Source of the DNA: Alphaproteobacteria bacterium
GTDB taxonomy: Bacteria > Pseudomonadota > Alphaproteobacteria > Bin95
Direction of reading: 5' to 3'
DNA length: 64,000 nt
Assembly (NCBI GenBank): GCA_965205265.1
Contig: CBDBGH010000003.1
Span: 2,752,001-2,816,000, forward strand
The notes under the pieces are model-generated. The model was given only the letters and a program-made list of their open reading frames with translations, did no database searches and was not told where the DNA came from. The first letter of the stretch is position 1; each line of letters starts with the position of its first letter. Position numbers and translations under genes: made by a program. Of the stretch, positions 20,485 through 31,060 are shown piece after piece.

Positions 20485-21906
20485 GTGGCTAATAAGCGGG
20501 TCATCGTTATCGGAGGGGGGGCCGCAGGACTGAGCGCGGCCTACACGGCAAAGAAGCGCGGCCTCGCCCCCCTTTTGTTGGAGGCTACCGACCAGATTGG
20601 CGGGCGGATGGGCGGCGAGAGGATCGACGGCTTTTCGACGGACAAGGCCGCGGATTTTTTCCCGATTTCCTACGACACAACGTTCCGGCTATGCGAAGAG
20701 CTGGGTGTGCCGCTGACTAACCTTAGTATGGACATTGGCTGGTATAGGCACGGACGCTGGGTTGTCACGACGCCGATTACCTCTCTGGGGTCCTTGTTCA
20801 GGAACATAGGGCCGTTCCGGACCATCGAATTTCTATCGCTCCGAGGGATATGGCCGACTTTCAAGTTGGTCAGAAACCTCAAGGCCGATGCAAAGCACCT
20901 GAACTACGCGAGTACGCACCGCATCGCGAACATGGATACAGACGAGACCTATAGGGAGTACCTCGATAGGCTCGGCGTGCCCGAACCGGTGCGGGTGACG
21001 TTGGAGGGATTTCTGGGTTTAACCATGGGAAATCCCGAAGAATTTGGGGCGACCTGGATTCGGGCGTTCCTGGCCGAAGTTCTGCTGAAGCCGGAAAAGC
21101 TCTACACGCCGGTGGGTGGGTGCAGCCATCTGTCGGAAGTGCTGGGGGAGAAGCTGGGCAACGCTATTCGCGTCTCGACGCCGGTGAAGCGAGTGGTCAT
21201 TGAGAACGGAAGGGCGGTGGGCGTCGTTACCGACGATGGCTTCATGGAGGCCGACGCGGTCATTTCCAGTGTACCGGCGACGAAGGCGCTGGAGATCATG
21301 CCGGACCTGCCGGAGAGGATTCGCGACGCGCTAGGCACGGTGCAGTATTCGTTCGGCATCCGTGTAGTACTGGGCCTCAACCATCGGCCCCTTCCTCCTG
21401 GGTGGAGCGTGGCACTATATCCCGAAGACGACACGCCGTCGCTGTTGGACCGCACCGTCAACCTGCCTGAATGCGCGCCGCCCGGCAAGGCTCTGCTCGA
21501 CCTTTGGGTTGGGGAGAGCCGCGCCAAAGACTTGCTGGAATTCGACGACGAGCAGATTGCCCGTACGCTGCTGGCGGATGCTCATGGCAAGGCGCCTCCA
21601 GGCTCGATGCTTCCGCAGTACGAGGACGTGCTCTTTGCGCGTGTGTACCGCTGGCACGAGGCGGTTTGCAAGGGGCTGCCCGGCATGTTCACTGCGGTGA
21701 AGCAAATGCGGCTGGATTTGGCGGAAGATCTGCAGAACCTCCGCATCGTGGGCGATTTCATGCGGTCGCCGATTGTAAACGGCGCCATCACGAGCGGCGT
21801 CGAAACGGCGAACGAAGTTGCTGATTTGCTGGAGACCCCCCAACCGCCTAACAGGCTGTGGAAGAACGGCCTGAGTGGATTATTTTGTGGACGCCTGTGG
21901 GCGTGA
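20485..21906 (+). CDS. FAD-dependent oxidoreductase (amine oxidase/protoporphyrinogen oxidase-like)
   Basis: VIVIGGGAAGLSAA; EATDQIGGRM; VGDF...VNGAITSG; last ~18 codons appear IS-derived. Confidence 0.85.
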   Translation: MANKRVIVIGGGAAGLSAAYTAKKRGLAPLLLEATDQIGGRMGGERIDGFSTDKAADFFPISYDTTFRLCEELGVPLTNLSMDIGWYRHGRWVVTTPITSLGSLFRNIGPFRTIEFLSLRGIWPTFKLVRNLKADAKHLNYASTHRIANMDTDETYREYLDRLGVPEPVRVTLEGFLGLTMGNPEEFGATWIRAFLAEVLLKPEKLYTPVGGCSHLSEVLGEKLGNAIRVSTPVKRVVIENGRAVGVVTDDGFMEADAVISSVPATKALEIMPDLPERIRDALGTVQYSFGIRVVLGLNHRPLPPGWSVALYPEDDTPSLLDRTVNLPECAPPGKALLDLWVGESRAKDLLEFDDEQIARTLLADAHGKAPPGSMLPQYEDVLFARVYRWHEAVCKGLPGMFTAVKQMRLDLAEDLQNLRIVGDFMRSPIVNGAITSGVETANEVADLLETPQPPNRLWKNGLSGLFCGRLWA

Positions 21907-22430
21907 TCGTATCGGTCGGATGGATTTGTTCGGAGTGAACGAGGCGGGGAATTTCAGCGCAGCAGTACGGCCCTGCGGACGGGAAGCCTTGCCGGCGCCG
22001 GCGTGACGGAGCGCCCAACGGCGGCCCTACGCCGGGTCCCGGCGGTCATGCGGCAGCCTTCAAGAGCTTCGGCAGTCGGATCAGGTCGTAGGCGGCCAGC
22101 GCCGGGGTGAACTGCCAGTCAACCCGGGCCAGGCCGCGATGTCGGGTCTTCGAGAGGCACGCCCCGTCTTCAACCAGCCGAAGACCTCCTCGATCCGTTT
22201 GCGGTGAACCTGGCTCGCTCGATATCCCTCGCTCGCCGCCATCTCTTCGCCGATATTCGAGCGCCGGCCCGCGGTGTTGCGCGCCGCATGTGCCTCGGCG
22301 CCGAAGGCTTTGCAGGTCCTGACGAACTCCGCCGTGTCATAGGCCTTGTCCGCTCCCACCGACACAGCCCGGTCGGGCTCCTCCCGGCGCCCTTCGGCAT
22401 GACCTCGCCGGCCAGGCATTTCGCTTGGCC
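21852..22430 (-). mobile_element. IS5-family transposase C-terminal remnant with end
   Basis: GADKAYD...GYRASQVHRKRIEEVFGWLKT...AAYDLIRLPKLL* (stop 22046), frameshifted; CAGGCTGTGGAAGAAC end-like sequence at 21852. Confidence 0.75.
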
Positions 22431-22847
22431 GCAGCCCGACATCCGCGCGGCCTCGGTCAGAACCGCGAACGTCGCAGCTCCGGCTATTGCTGTGCAAGCC
22501 CCAGCAACATGGCGTCCGGCGTATAGCTCGCAACGCCTTAATGGTCGCCAACGCACTTGCCCATGTCGCACATCGCCGACGCGGCCGACGCCTGCGGCCC
22601 GATACGCTGGCCGTCTTCCGGCGTGCAGAGCTGCGGCTTCTCCATGCCGAGCCGCTCCGCGACCTTCGCGCCGAAAGCGAAGGCGGTCCCGAATTCGACC
22701 TCAACATCGGAAGTCCGCAGAAAAAGTAATCGGCCGTCCTACCGAACGAAGATGAACTTATGGACCTCATATTAATTCGGTATTTGCCGGCGCAGTTGGC
22801 CGGCTCCATCCTGCCGCGAGTGCAATAGCTGCGAAAGGAGCAGACAG

Positions 22848-23342
22848 ATGCACGTCAGACGAATCGACGTACGGAGCCTGGCGGCCGCGGTCGCGGCGCT
22901 GGGCATCGTGGCGGCGCTGGCCGGTCCCGCGCTGGCTGGCGGGGACAGCGGTCCGCCCGCCCGTACGGGCAAGATCCACGACGACTGCGAACTGTTCAGC
23001 CTCACGGTGACGACCAGCAGCGTCACGATGAAGGCGGCCTGCAGGGTCAGCGATGAAAACACCAGCATGAAGTGGTCGACCGTCAACCTCAGCAACAATA
23101 TCAAGGTCGACACGAAGGAGACGGGCCATCTGAGGTGGGGCGGCAGCAACTTCCAGGACCACTGCAGCGGCATCGCCGTCGAGCAGCAGGACAGCGGCGT
23201 GAAGCTGAAGGCCACATGCAACTACTACTGCAATTTCGACAGAGGCCGGTATTTCGGCTGCCCCTCGGGGAGCACGAATACGTCGCTGCAGTTGGCCGAC
23301 TACTACGAGGCGAGTTCCAGCGGCACCCTGGCGGTCAAATGA
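22848..23342 (+). CDS. Secreted cyanovirin-N-like (CVNH) protein, paralogue 1
   Basis: Sec signal ...AGPALA|GG; four Cys spaced as in CV-N; STVNLSNNI..GHLRW.GSNF..HC; extra Cys pair. Confidence 0.72.
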   Translation: MHVRRIDVRSLAAAVAALGIVAALAGPALAGGDSGPPARTGKIHDDCELFSLTVTTSSVTMKAACRVSDENTSMKWSTVNLSNNIKVDTKETGHLRWGGSNFQDHCSGIAVEQQDSGVKLKATCNYYCNFDRGRYFGCPSGSTNTSLQLADYYEASSSGTLAVK

Positions 23343-23504
23343 GCCGGCGGCGGCTTGGGACCGGCAGGCTGGACAGGCGGCGTTCGCCGGAGAGGCGCCG
23401 AGGACAGGCTTAATCGGCGCGACAGGAATTCGGTATTGGCCTGCCGCAACCTGCCCGCCCCAGGCTTCGGGGCGTGCAACGACTGCGAAGAAAGGAGCAG
23501 ACAG

Positions 23505-23993
23505 ATGCGCACAAGACGAATCGGCATACGGAGCCTGGCGGTCGCGGTCGCGGCGCTGGGCGTCGCGGCGGTCCTGGCCGGCCCCGCATTGGCGGGGGGA
23601 GGCGGACCCTCCGCCCGGACCGGGAAGATCCACCAGGATTGCGACCAGTTCAGCACGCAGGCGTCGGGCGACAAGCTCCTGCTCAAGGCAAACTGCAGGA
23701 CCAGCGACGACAACGAGAACAAGAAGCAGACGAGCGTGAACCTCGCGGCCAACATCGGCAACGCCGACGGCTATTTGACCTGGAACGGAAACAGCTTCCA
23801 CAAGAGCTGCAACAAAATCGCCGCCGAGAAGCATAACGACGGCGTGAAGCTGAAGGCTTCATGCAGCTATCAGTATTGCAGGAAACCGAACCAGTTCCAG
23901 GACTTCGGCTGCCAGACCAAGAGACGGGATACGTCGCTGGAGCTGAACTCCTACTACGAGGTGAACTCGTCGGGCGACCTGACGGTCAAATAG
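23505..23993 (+). CDS. Secreted CVNH-like protein, paralogue 2
   Basis: RBS AAGGAG; TSVNLAANIGNADGYLTWNGNSFHKSC resembles CV-N SSIDLNSVIENVDGSLKWQPSNFIETC. Confidence 0.8.
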   Translation: MRTRRIGIRSLAVAVAALGVAAVLAGPALAGGGGPSARTGKIHQDCDQFSTQASGDKLLLKANCRTSDDNENKKQTSVNLAANIGNADGYLTWNGNSFHKSCNKIAAEKHNDGVKLKASCSYQYCRKPNQFQDFGCQTKRRDTSLELNSYYEVNSSGDLTVK

Positions 23994-24155
23994 GCCGGCG
24001 GCGGCTCGGGACCGGCAGGATCGGCAGGCGGCCTTCGCCGGAGAGGCGCCGAGGACAGGCTTAATCGGCGCGACAGGAACTCGGTATTGGCCTGCCGCAA
24101 CCTGCCGGCCCCAGGCTTCGGGGCGTGCAACGACTGCGAAGAAAGGGGCAGACAG

Positions 24156-24617
24156 ATGCGCGTAATGCGATTCAATGAACGGAGCCTGTTTGGCGCTATT
24201 GCCGCGCTGGGCGTCGCGGCAATGCTGGCCGGCCCTGCGCTGGCGGGGGGGTCGGGCCCCGACCCCCGGACTGGAAACATCCACGACGACTGCAACCAGT
24301 TCAGCCTGCAGGAGGACGGCGACAAGCTCCTGCTCAAGGCGAAGTGCAGGACGAGCGACAGCAACACCGACAAGAAGGAGACGAGCATCGACCTCGCCGC
24401 CAGTATCGGCAACGACAATGGCTACCTGAAATGGAACCAGAGCCTCTTCCACAAGAGCTGCGACACCCTCAGCCTCTCGCCCCACACCCAGGGAGTACTG
24501 CTGTGGGCCAGCTGCACCTACCTGCTGCAGCAGTACCACAAGCAGAAACGCAGAACGAAGATGGAGCTGGGTGACCGCTATCGGACCGACTCGTCGGGGG
24601 ATCTGGCGATCCGGTAA
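24156..24617 (+). CDS. Secreted CVNH-like protein, paralogue 3
   Basis: TSIDLAASIGNDNGYLKWNQSLFHKSC; only the four core Cys. Confidence 0.8.
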   Translation: MRVMRFNERSLFGAIAALGVAAMLAGPALAGGSGPDPRTGNIHDDCNQFSLQEDGDKLLLKAKCRTSDSNTDKKETSIDLAASIGNDNGYLKWNQSLFHKSCDTLSLSPHTQGVLLWASCTYLLQQYHKQKRRTKMELGDRYRTDSSGDLAIR

Positions 24618-24741
24618 TGGCGCTTCGGGCCGGGCTCCGAAGACGGGCTTATGGGAGCGATAGGAATTCGGTATTTGCGTGGCGCAACCGCCGGTTCCAC
24701 GCTTCGGGAAGTGCGGCAACCGCGAAGAAAGGAGCGGACAG

Positions 24742-25290
24742 ATGCGCGTAATACGATTCCATGCACGGAGCTTGGTCGGCGCTATCGCCGCGCTGGGCAT
24801 TGCGGCGGCGCTGGCCGGTCCCGCCCTAGCCGGCGGGGGCGGCGGTCCTCCCGCACGGACGGGGGCAATCCACGATGACTGCGAGGGGGTAAGCCTTCAG
24901 GAATCGGGCGGTAAGCTGGAACTTCGGGCCAACTGCAGAACCAGCGACGAAAATGAGGACAAGGCGCAGACAAGCATCGACCTTTCCGACATCAAGGCTG
25001 TCCCAAATCATCGAGTGGGCATCCTTCCGAACAGCGAGCGAATCAACCCCTTCCCCGGACTGGGATGGAGGGAATCGGGCTGGAGCCGCTTTTACGACGC
25101 CTGCCATAGCACCGAACTCCAAAAGCGTTCCGGCGGTGTCTGGGGAATAAAGACGCGGTGCAGAATTCAGATATGCGCTGCGGATTGGGGCGGCCGTATG
25201 ACCAACTGCAGCGATTCCGAAACCTGGGGGTATTTCGATCTGCACAGCAAGTACTGGGTGAACTCGGCAGGCAAGCTGGCGATCAGGTAA
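24742..25290 (+). CDS. Secreted CVNH-like protein, paralogue 4 (with insertion)
   Basis: Same leader and IHDDC..ANCRTSD..TSIDL core; Pro-rich insert before GLGW; extra Cys pair. Confidence 0.72.
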   Translation: MRVIRFHARSLVGAIAALGIAAALAGPALAGGGGGPPARTGAIHDDCEGVSLQESGGKLELRANCRTSDENEDKAQTSIDLSDIKAVPNHRVGILPNSERINPFPGLGWRESGWSRFYDACHSTELQKRSGGVWGIKTRCRIQICAADWGGRMTNCSDSETWGYFDLHSKYWVNSAGKLAIR

Positions 25291-25436
25291 GCCGCTCTGG
25301 ACTGGGTCTCCGTTACCGGGTGGACCGGGGTTCGAAGACGGACTTATGGGAGCGATAGGAATTCGGTATTTGCGTGGCGCAACCGCCGGTTCCACGCTTC
25401 GGGAAGTGCAACAACCGCGAAGAAAGGAGCGGACAG

Positions 25437-25901
25437 ATGCGCGTAATGCGATTCAATGCACGCAGCCTGGTCGGGGCTATCGCCGCGCTGGGCATTGCGG
25501 CGATGCTGGCCGGCCCCGCTGTGGCCGGAGGCGGATCGTCCGGCCGGACGGGGCATATCAACAAGGATTGCAGCGGGTTCAGCCTGCAGACCGACGGCGA
25601 CAAGTGCCTGTTCAAGGCGAGCTGCAGGACGAACGACGACAACGAGGACAAGAAGGCGACCAGCATCGACATCGCGGCCAATATCGGCAACTACGGGGGC
25701 AACCTGACGTGGAACTACAGCCGCTTTCACAAGAGTTGCGGCCAGATCAGCCTCGATGACCTGAGTGTGAAGGCATACTGTCCGTATTCGGTCTGTCCCC
25801 GGAATACGGGAGGCGAATGCCAAACGAGGTGGAAGTGGTCATGGTTCAACCTGACTACGAAATACAAGGTGAACTCGTCGGGCGATCTGGCCTTGAAGTA
25901 A
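25437..25901 (+). CDS. Secreted CVNH-like protein, paralogue 5
   Basis: TSIDIAANIGNYGGNLTWNYSRFHKSC; C-terminal YKVNSSGDLALK. Confidence 0.8.
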   Translation: MRVMRFNARSLVGAIAALGIAAMLAGPAVAGGGSSGRTGHINKDCSGFSLQTDGDKCLFKASCRTNDDNEDKKATSIDIAANIGNYGGNLTWNYSRFHKSCGQISLDDLSVKAYCPYSVCPRNTGGECQTRWKWSWFNLTTKYKVNSSGDLALK

Positions 25902-25943
25902 GCCGCCCGACGGCGGTGTCCCGTTCGGAAGGCGCGCGATAGC

Positions 25944-27665
25944 ATGGAACGCATCCCGGGGGACGGATCCCCGGCAGCCCGAACCTGCCATACGGAGCTT
26001 CCGGCGTCGGCTCCGCTCTCCGATAGCCCGGAGAGTGGAGCCCTGCCGCGAAGCGCCTTCAGGCTGCGCATTGCCGGCGGATTCGCCTCGCTCCGGGGCT
26101 GGCGCCGTTGGTGCGCGGCGACGCTGTCGGGCCTGTTGGCCGCAACCGCGCAACCGCCGCTGCTGCTGCTCCCTGCGCTCTTCGCCGGCTTCGCCGGGCT
26201 GCTCTGGCTGCTGGCCGGCGCGTCCGGGGCCCGGCAGCGGTGGTTCGACGGGTGGCTGTTCGGGATCGGGTATTTCGGCGCCGGGCTTTACTGGATTGCG
26301 GCCGCATCCGAGAACGACGCCAACCGGCTCCCGTGGCTGGTTCCGGCCATCACGGTCGGCCTGGTGCTGGTGCTTGCGCTGTTTCCCGCCGCCGCCGCGC
26401 TGGCGGCGGGCCGGCGGCCGCTGCGCCCGGCCGGGATCCTGGCGTTCGCGGGCGCCTTCACCCTGTTCGAATGGGTGCGCGGCTGGATCTTATCGGGATT
26501 TGCGTGGAATCCGGTCGGCAATATCTGGATCGAGGTCCTCCCGGTGCTGCAGGCGGCGTCGTGGTTCGGCGTTTACGGCCTGACCTTCGCGACCGTCTAT
26601 GCGGCCGCAGGCCTGGCCGCGCTCGCGTTGCGGGAACGCGGGGCAGGGGCGGCCGCGCTGTCGGGCGTCCTGCTTCTGGCCGGGTTAGCGGCGGCGGGCG
26701 CCGTCCGGCTGTCCGGAGCCCCGGCGGACTCTGGCGGCGGGGCGGCGCTGCGCATCGTGCAGCCGCATGTCGCCTCCCGCGGCAATTGGACTTCGAGCAG
26801 GCAGGCCGAGATCTTCCGGCGGTTGACCCGGATGACCGGACAAGACATGCCGGCGGGCGCCGTCGTCATCTGGCCGGAGGTGGCGATGCCCTATGTGGTG
26901 CAGATCGACGCGGAGAGCGACCCCCGGCTTGCCGGGCTGGCGCCGGAGGGCGGATACCTGATCACCGGCGCGGTCCGGTACCGGTATGAGAACGACCGGC
27001 AGGCGGAGGCCTGGAACGGCCTCATCGCGGTCGATGACGAAGCCCGCATCGTCGCCCAGTACCAGAAGCACCACCTTGTCCCGCTCGGCGAGTATGTTCC
27101 GTTTCCCGAACTGTTCGGCCTGCGGCGGGTCACCTGGGGCCGGCTGAACTTCTCGCCCGGCCCGGGGCTTGCCCTGCTCGACCTTCCGGGCCTGGTGCCG
27201 TTCGCGCCCCAGATCTGCTACGAGATCATCTTCCCGGACGCGGCGGTGGACCGGAGCGCTCCCCGTCCGGCCTGGCTGCTCTCGCTGACCAATGACGGGT
27301 GGTTCGGCGAGACCGCCGGCCCCTATCAGCATTTCGCATCGGCGCGGATGCGGGCGGTGGAGGAAGGCGCGCCGCTGGTGCGCGCGGCCAATACCGGCAT
27401 CTCCGCGGTCACGGACGCATACGGGCGCGTGACGCACCGCCTGGAACCGGGAGCGCGCGGTGTCATCGATGCGCGGCTGCCGCCCCCGTCTCCGTCCCCG
27501 ACGCTCTTTTCGCGGTACGGAAATGCCGCGGCGGCGATTCCTGTGCTCCTCGCCGGCCTGTTCCTGGCGGCGCGGAGGCTGCCGGCGATCTTCCGATACA
27601 GGCGGGCCATCGGATCGGGCAGAAAGGGGAACGGCGCGGACCCGGCCCTCGCCCGGGACAGGTGA
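25944..27665 (+). CDS. lnt: Apolipoprotein N-acyltransferase (Lnt/AatD-like)
   Basis: Multiple TM helices; nitrilase triad WPE, YQKHHLVPLGEYVP, ICYEIIFP; TNDGWFG, RAANTGIS. Confidence 0.92.
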   Translation: MERIPGDGSPAARTCHTELPASAPLSDSPESGALPRSAFRLRIAGGFASLRGWRRWCAATLSGLLAATAQPPLLLLPALFAGFAGLLWLLAGASGARQRWFDGWLFGIGYFGAGLYWIAAASENDANRLPWLVPAITVGLVLVLALFPAAAALAAGRRPLRPAGILAFAGAFTLFEWVRGWILSGFAWNPVGNIWIEVLPVLQAASWFGVYGLTFATVYAAAGLAALALRERGAGAAALSGVLLLAGLAAAGAVRLSGAPADSGGGAALRIVQPHVASRGNWTSSRQAEIFRRLTRMTGQDMPAGAVVIWPEVAMPYVVQIDAESDPRLAGLAPEGGYLITGAVRYRYENDRQAEAWNGLIAVDDEARIVAQYQKHHLVPLGEYVPFPELFGLRRVTWGRLNFSPGPGLALLDLPGLVPFAPQICYEIIFPDAAVDRSAPRPAWLLSLTNDGWFGETAGPYQHFASARMRAVEEGAPLVRAANTGISAVTDAYGRVTHRLEPGARGVIDARLPPPSPSPTLFSRYGNAAAAIPVLLAGLFLAARRLPAIFRYRRAIGSGRKGNGADPALARDR

Positions 27666-27764
27666 GAGTCCCGGGTCCGATTGGCTATCCAACTCCGACG
27701 GGCTATTTTGAACGCCGAATGGGCACTTCAGCGAATGCCGTCCGAGGACCGGCCCGGCAATGTC

Positions 27765-29261
27765 ATGAGGAAGGGAACGATCCTGGGTTTCGCCGCCGTG
27801 TGCCTCGTCGTTCTGGTGCAGGACAGGGAGGATGCGCTGGCCGCCGGGCAGCCGGAGACGGTCCGGCTCACTCTGGCCGAGGCGGTGGAACGGGCGTTGC
27901 GCCGCAACCCGAAGCTCGTGGAAGCCAGGCTCGACCGGACTCTAGAGAAGTTCGACCTCGAACAGGCCGAAGCCATGTTTGCGCCGGAGGTGAGTTTCGG
28001 CACAGCAGCTACCGGTTACAAGCTCGACCGGGGCGCGGACACAAGGAGCTACGAGTTCCGTGCAGGGCCCAGCGTGACTATGAAGCTGCCCACGGGCGGA
28101 GAGATCGGCGTCAAACCGGCCTGGACCGCGACGCTCGACCGTACCGGCGAACCCGGCCAAGTTTACGATGCGACGATGGAGTTGTCCTTCTCGCATCCGC
28201 TGCTGAAGGGCGCGGGGCTGGACGCCGGCCTGGCGCCGATCAGGCTCGCGCGCATAGCGGAGGAGAGCAATGTCCTGAAACTCAGGGCCGACGCGATGGA
28301 TGTCGTCACCTCGGTGATCGAGGCCTACCGCGCGGCGATCCGGGCGGAGAAACAGGTCGAGATCGACGAGGGCGCGCTGCAGCGCGCAAAGGAAACGCTT
28401 GAGGTCAACCGGCTGCTCGTCGACACCGGCAGGATGGCGCGGGCGGATATCGTTCAGACCGAGGCCGACATCGCGAGGCGGGAACTGGACGTGGTCCGCA
28501 GCCGGGACCGCATGGACGACGCCGGGAGGAAGCTGAACGTCCTTCTCGATCTGGACAGCGGCATCCGGCTCGTGCCCGTCGATCCGCTGACCGTCGAACC
28601 GCACCGGCCCGACCTGGAGGCCATCCGGGCGCTGGGCCGGGAACGCAACCCCGGCTATCTCGGGGCGCGGCTGGCCCTGCGGGCCGCCGAGATCCGGCTG
28701 GAGCAGGCGGAGGACAACTCGCTCTGGGACCTGTCGTTCACGGCCAGGGCCGAGTTCGGGGGACAAGGCGGTTCGTTCGGTTCGGGGCTGGGAGACCTGG
28801 CCGGCGATAGCAGGAACGAGGGCGCCTATTCCCTCGGCCTCGCCCTGAGCGTACCGCTGGGCGACACGGCGGCGAAGGCCGCCAAACGGGCGCAACTGGC
28901 TGCGCGGCTGGACCGCCGGAAGGCGGAGCGCGCGCTGGCGACGGCCGCGCGCGAGTTGGACACCGGCCTGCTCAACGCGGTGCGCGCGGTGGAGCTGGGG
29001 CTGACGCAAATGGAGCTGGCGCGCCAGGCGCTGGCGCTCGCCGAGGAAAAACTCCGGATCGAACAGGGGAAGCTCCGGCTGGGCCTGACGTCGAATTACC
29101 GGCTGGCCTCCTTCCAGACCGATCTCGTCAATGCGCAGGTCAGCGAGCTCGATGCAAAGGTCGGGTATCTGAACGCGGTTGCGGCGCTCGACAGGGCGGC
29201 GGGCACGGTCCTCGATACCTGGAATATCGATATCCGCAGCCTGTCCGAGGACCGGAAATGA
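27765..29261 (+). CDS. TolC-family outer-membrane channel
   Basis: LTLAEAVERALRRNP; two OEP repeats; GRMARADIVQ / GLTSNYRL; start may lie upstream (27681). Confidence 0.88.
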   Translation: MRKGTILGFAAVCLVVLVQDREDALAAGQPETVRLTLAEAVERALRRNPKLVEARLDRTLEKFDLEQAEAMFAPEVSFGTAATGYKLDRGADTRSYEFRAGPSVTMKLPTGGEIGVKPAWTATLDRTGEPGQVYDATMELSFSHPLLKGAGLDAGLAPIRLARIAEESNVLKLRADAMDVVTSVIEAYRAAIRAEKQVEIDEGALQRAKETLEVNRLLVDTGRMARADIVQTEADIARRELDVVRSRDRMDDAGRKLNVLLDLDSGIRLVPVDPLTVEPHRPDLEAIRALGRERNPGYLGARLALRAAEIRLEQAEDNSLWDLSFTARAEFGGQGGSFGSGLGDLAGDSRNEGAYSLGLALSVPLGDTAAKAAKRAQLAARLDRRKAERALATAARELDTGLLNAVRAVELGLTQMELARQALALAEEKLRIEQGKLRLGLTSNYRLASFQTDLVNAQVSELDAKVGYLNAVAALDRAAGTVLDTWNIDIRSLSEDRK

Positions 29262-31060
29262 GCGCGCCGGTTCACGAGGCCATTCTGGATGACATGGACG
29301 ACGGCGTCGTGTCGATCGCGAAGGACGGCAGCATCATATTCGTCAACGCGGCCGCCGCGCGCATTCTCGGACTGGAGGGCGCCCGGGTCGAGGGCCGCAA
29401 GTTCGGCGAGGTCTTTGCGGCGCTGGAAGGCCTGGACCCGTTCACCGAAACCGTTCTCGACGCGGTCGGCGAGGAGCAGGATATCGGCCGGAAGGCCATC
29501 GAGATCCACGCCGGGGGCGAACGGCGCCTGCTGAAGATCGGCACGTCCTGGCTGCATTCCGGCAAGGGGGCGGACAGCCGGCGCGCGGGCATCGTTGCGG
29601 TCTTCTCGGATATCACGGAAATCCAGGAGTTGCGCGAGACGGAAATCAGGCTGGGCGAGAGGATCAGGGAGCAGTACGGCGAGCTCCAGGACGCCTACCG
29701 CAAGATCGAGGAGAGCAACAGCGAACTGTCGTCGACGCTTCGGCGCGTGCAGGCGATAAAGGTCGTCGCCGCCGCGGTGGCCGCGATTATTCTCGGCGCC
29801 GGATACTACGCCTGGCGAACGACCCAGGGCCCCATTGCCGCCGAGGCGGCGGCGCCGGCGGGAGAAGGCGGGCAACCCGCCACCCTGGTCGTCCAGCCCC
29901 GGCAATTGCGCTCGACCGTGTCCTTCCCCGGTCGGCTTGGACCGCGGCGGCAAACGAATGTCGTCAGCCCGGTCCCCGGCGTTGTGAGCGCGCTGCATTT
30001 CCAGTACGGCGACAAGGTCGAGAAAGGGCAGGTTCTGCTTGAACTCGACATTTCGAAGATCGTTCGGGAACACCGGTCGGTGCGGGCGAAATACATCGAG
30101 ACCGTCAAGCGCGCCAAGGAACTTGAGGACTGGGAGAGCGGCCCCGAAATGCTGGCCGCGCATCGCGCCCTGGACCGGTCCCGGCGCACCCTCGACAGGC
30201 AGAAGCGGAAGCTGGAGCAGACCGCCTTTCTGCTCGAAAGCGGCGTGATCCCCGCATCGGAACACGAAGCGGCCCTGGAGCAGTACGAAAGCCTCAAGGT
30301 CGAGCACCGGACGACGGAGGAGAAGCTCGAGGCGGTGCGGGAACGGGGCGGCGCTGCGGCCAGGGAGGTGTCGAAGCTGGAATTGCAGACGGTGGAGGAG
30401 CAGCTCCGCGAGTTGGAGGCTGCGATGGAGCTGTCTGCTGTGCGGGCGCCGATATCGGGCATCGTCGCGCAACCGGCTCAGGACCGCCTGGGCTTCCCGG
30501 GACAATCGGATGGGGGCAGGCTTCCCCTGAAGGGAACGCAGGTATCGCGCGGGCAACTTCTGCTGACCGTTGCGGATGTCGAATCCCTCTCCGTCAAGGG
30601 GTCCGTCGATGAAGTGGAGGTGACGAAGCTGCGTGTGGGGCAACCGGTCGCCGTCACCGGGGATGCGTTCGCCGGCGTTGCGCTCTCCGGCGCCCTCAGC
30701 AGCGTCTCTTCGCAGGCCGCCAATGCCGTGTCGCATGGCAACCAGCCCGCGCTTTTCAGCTTTGTCGCCGCGCTCGACGAATTGGGCCCGGGGGTCCGGC
30801 AACGGTTGCGGCTGGGCATGACGGTCGATGTCGAGGTCGTAATCGAGGACATGCCCGAAGCATTGCTCGTCCCGCTTCGGGCGGTGCAGCGGCGAGGCGA
30901 TTCGCTGTCCGTCCGGGTCCTGGACCGGGCCACCGGCGAAATACGGGCCGTGGAGGTCGAAACCGGGACGACGACCCGCGACTCGGTGCATGTCAGGCGC
31001 GGGCTCTCCGCCGGCGATACGATCGTTCTCGACGACAGGGACAGCGGGCCCCGCGGATGA
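29258..31060 (+). CDS. Membrane-fusion (MacA/HlyD-type) adaptor with N-terminal PAS domain
   Basis: ILDDMDDGVVSIAKDGSIIFVNAAAARILG...VAVFSDITE (PAS); coiled coil; TM; VVSPVPGVVS...GDKVEKGQVL; VRAPISG; GLSAGDTIV. Confidence 0.88.
   Translation: MSAPVHEAILDDMDDGVVSIAKDGSIIFVNAAAARILGLEGARVEGRKFGEVFAALEGLDPFTETVLDAVGEEQDIGRKAIEIHAGGERRLLKIGTSWLHSGKGADSRRAGIVAVFSDITEIQELRETEIRLGERIREQYGELQDAYRKIEESNSELSSTLRRVQAIKVVAAAVAAIILGAGYYAWRTTQGPIAAEAAAPAGEGGQPATLVVQPRQLRSTVSFPGRLGPRRQTNVVSPVPGVVSALHFQYGDKVEKGQVLLELDISKIVREHRSVRAKYIETVKRAKELEDWESGPEMLAAHRALDRSRRTLDRQKRKLEQTAFLLESGVIPASEHEAALEQYESLKVEHRTTEEKLEAVRERGGAAAREVSKLELQTVEEQLRELEAAMELSAVRAPISGIVAQPAQDRLGFPGQSDGGRLPLKGTQVSRGQLLLTVADVESLSVKGSVDEVEVTKLRVGQPVAVTGDAFAGVALSGALSSVSSQAANAVSHGNQPALFSFVAALDELGPGVRQRLRLGMTVDVEVVIEDMPEALLVPLRAVQRRGDSLSVRVLDRATGEIRAVEVETGTTTRDSVHVRRGLSAGDTIVLDDRDSGPRG

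Noticed and set aside
22771-25901. Repeated intergenic units as a CRISPR or integron cassette array
   Set aside because: The repeats are long, degenerate and continue into signal-peptide codons. There are no cas genes, intI or attC-like GTTRRRY structure, and the intervening genes are paralogues.
22848-25901. Array proteins as double-glycine RiPP/bacteriocin precursors
   Set aside because: GG follows a hydrophobic Sec signal with an AxA site, the ABC transporter has no C39 peptidase, and the mature parts are ~125-150-aa folded domains.
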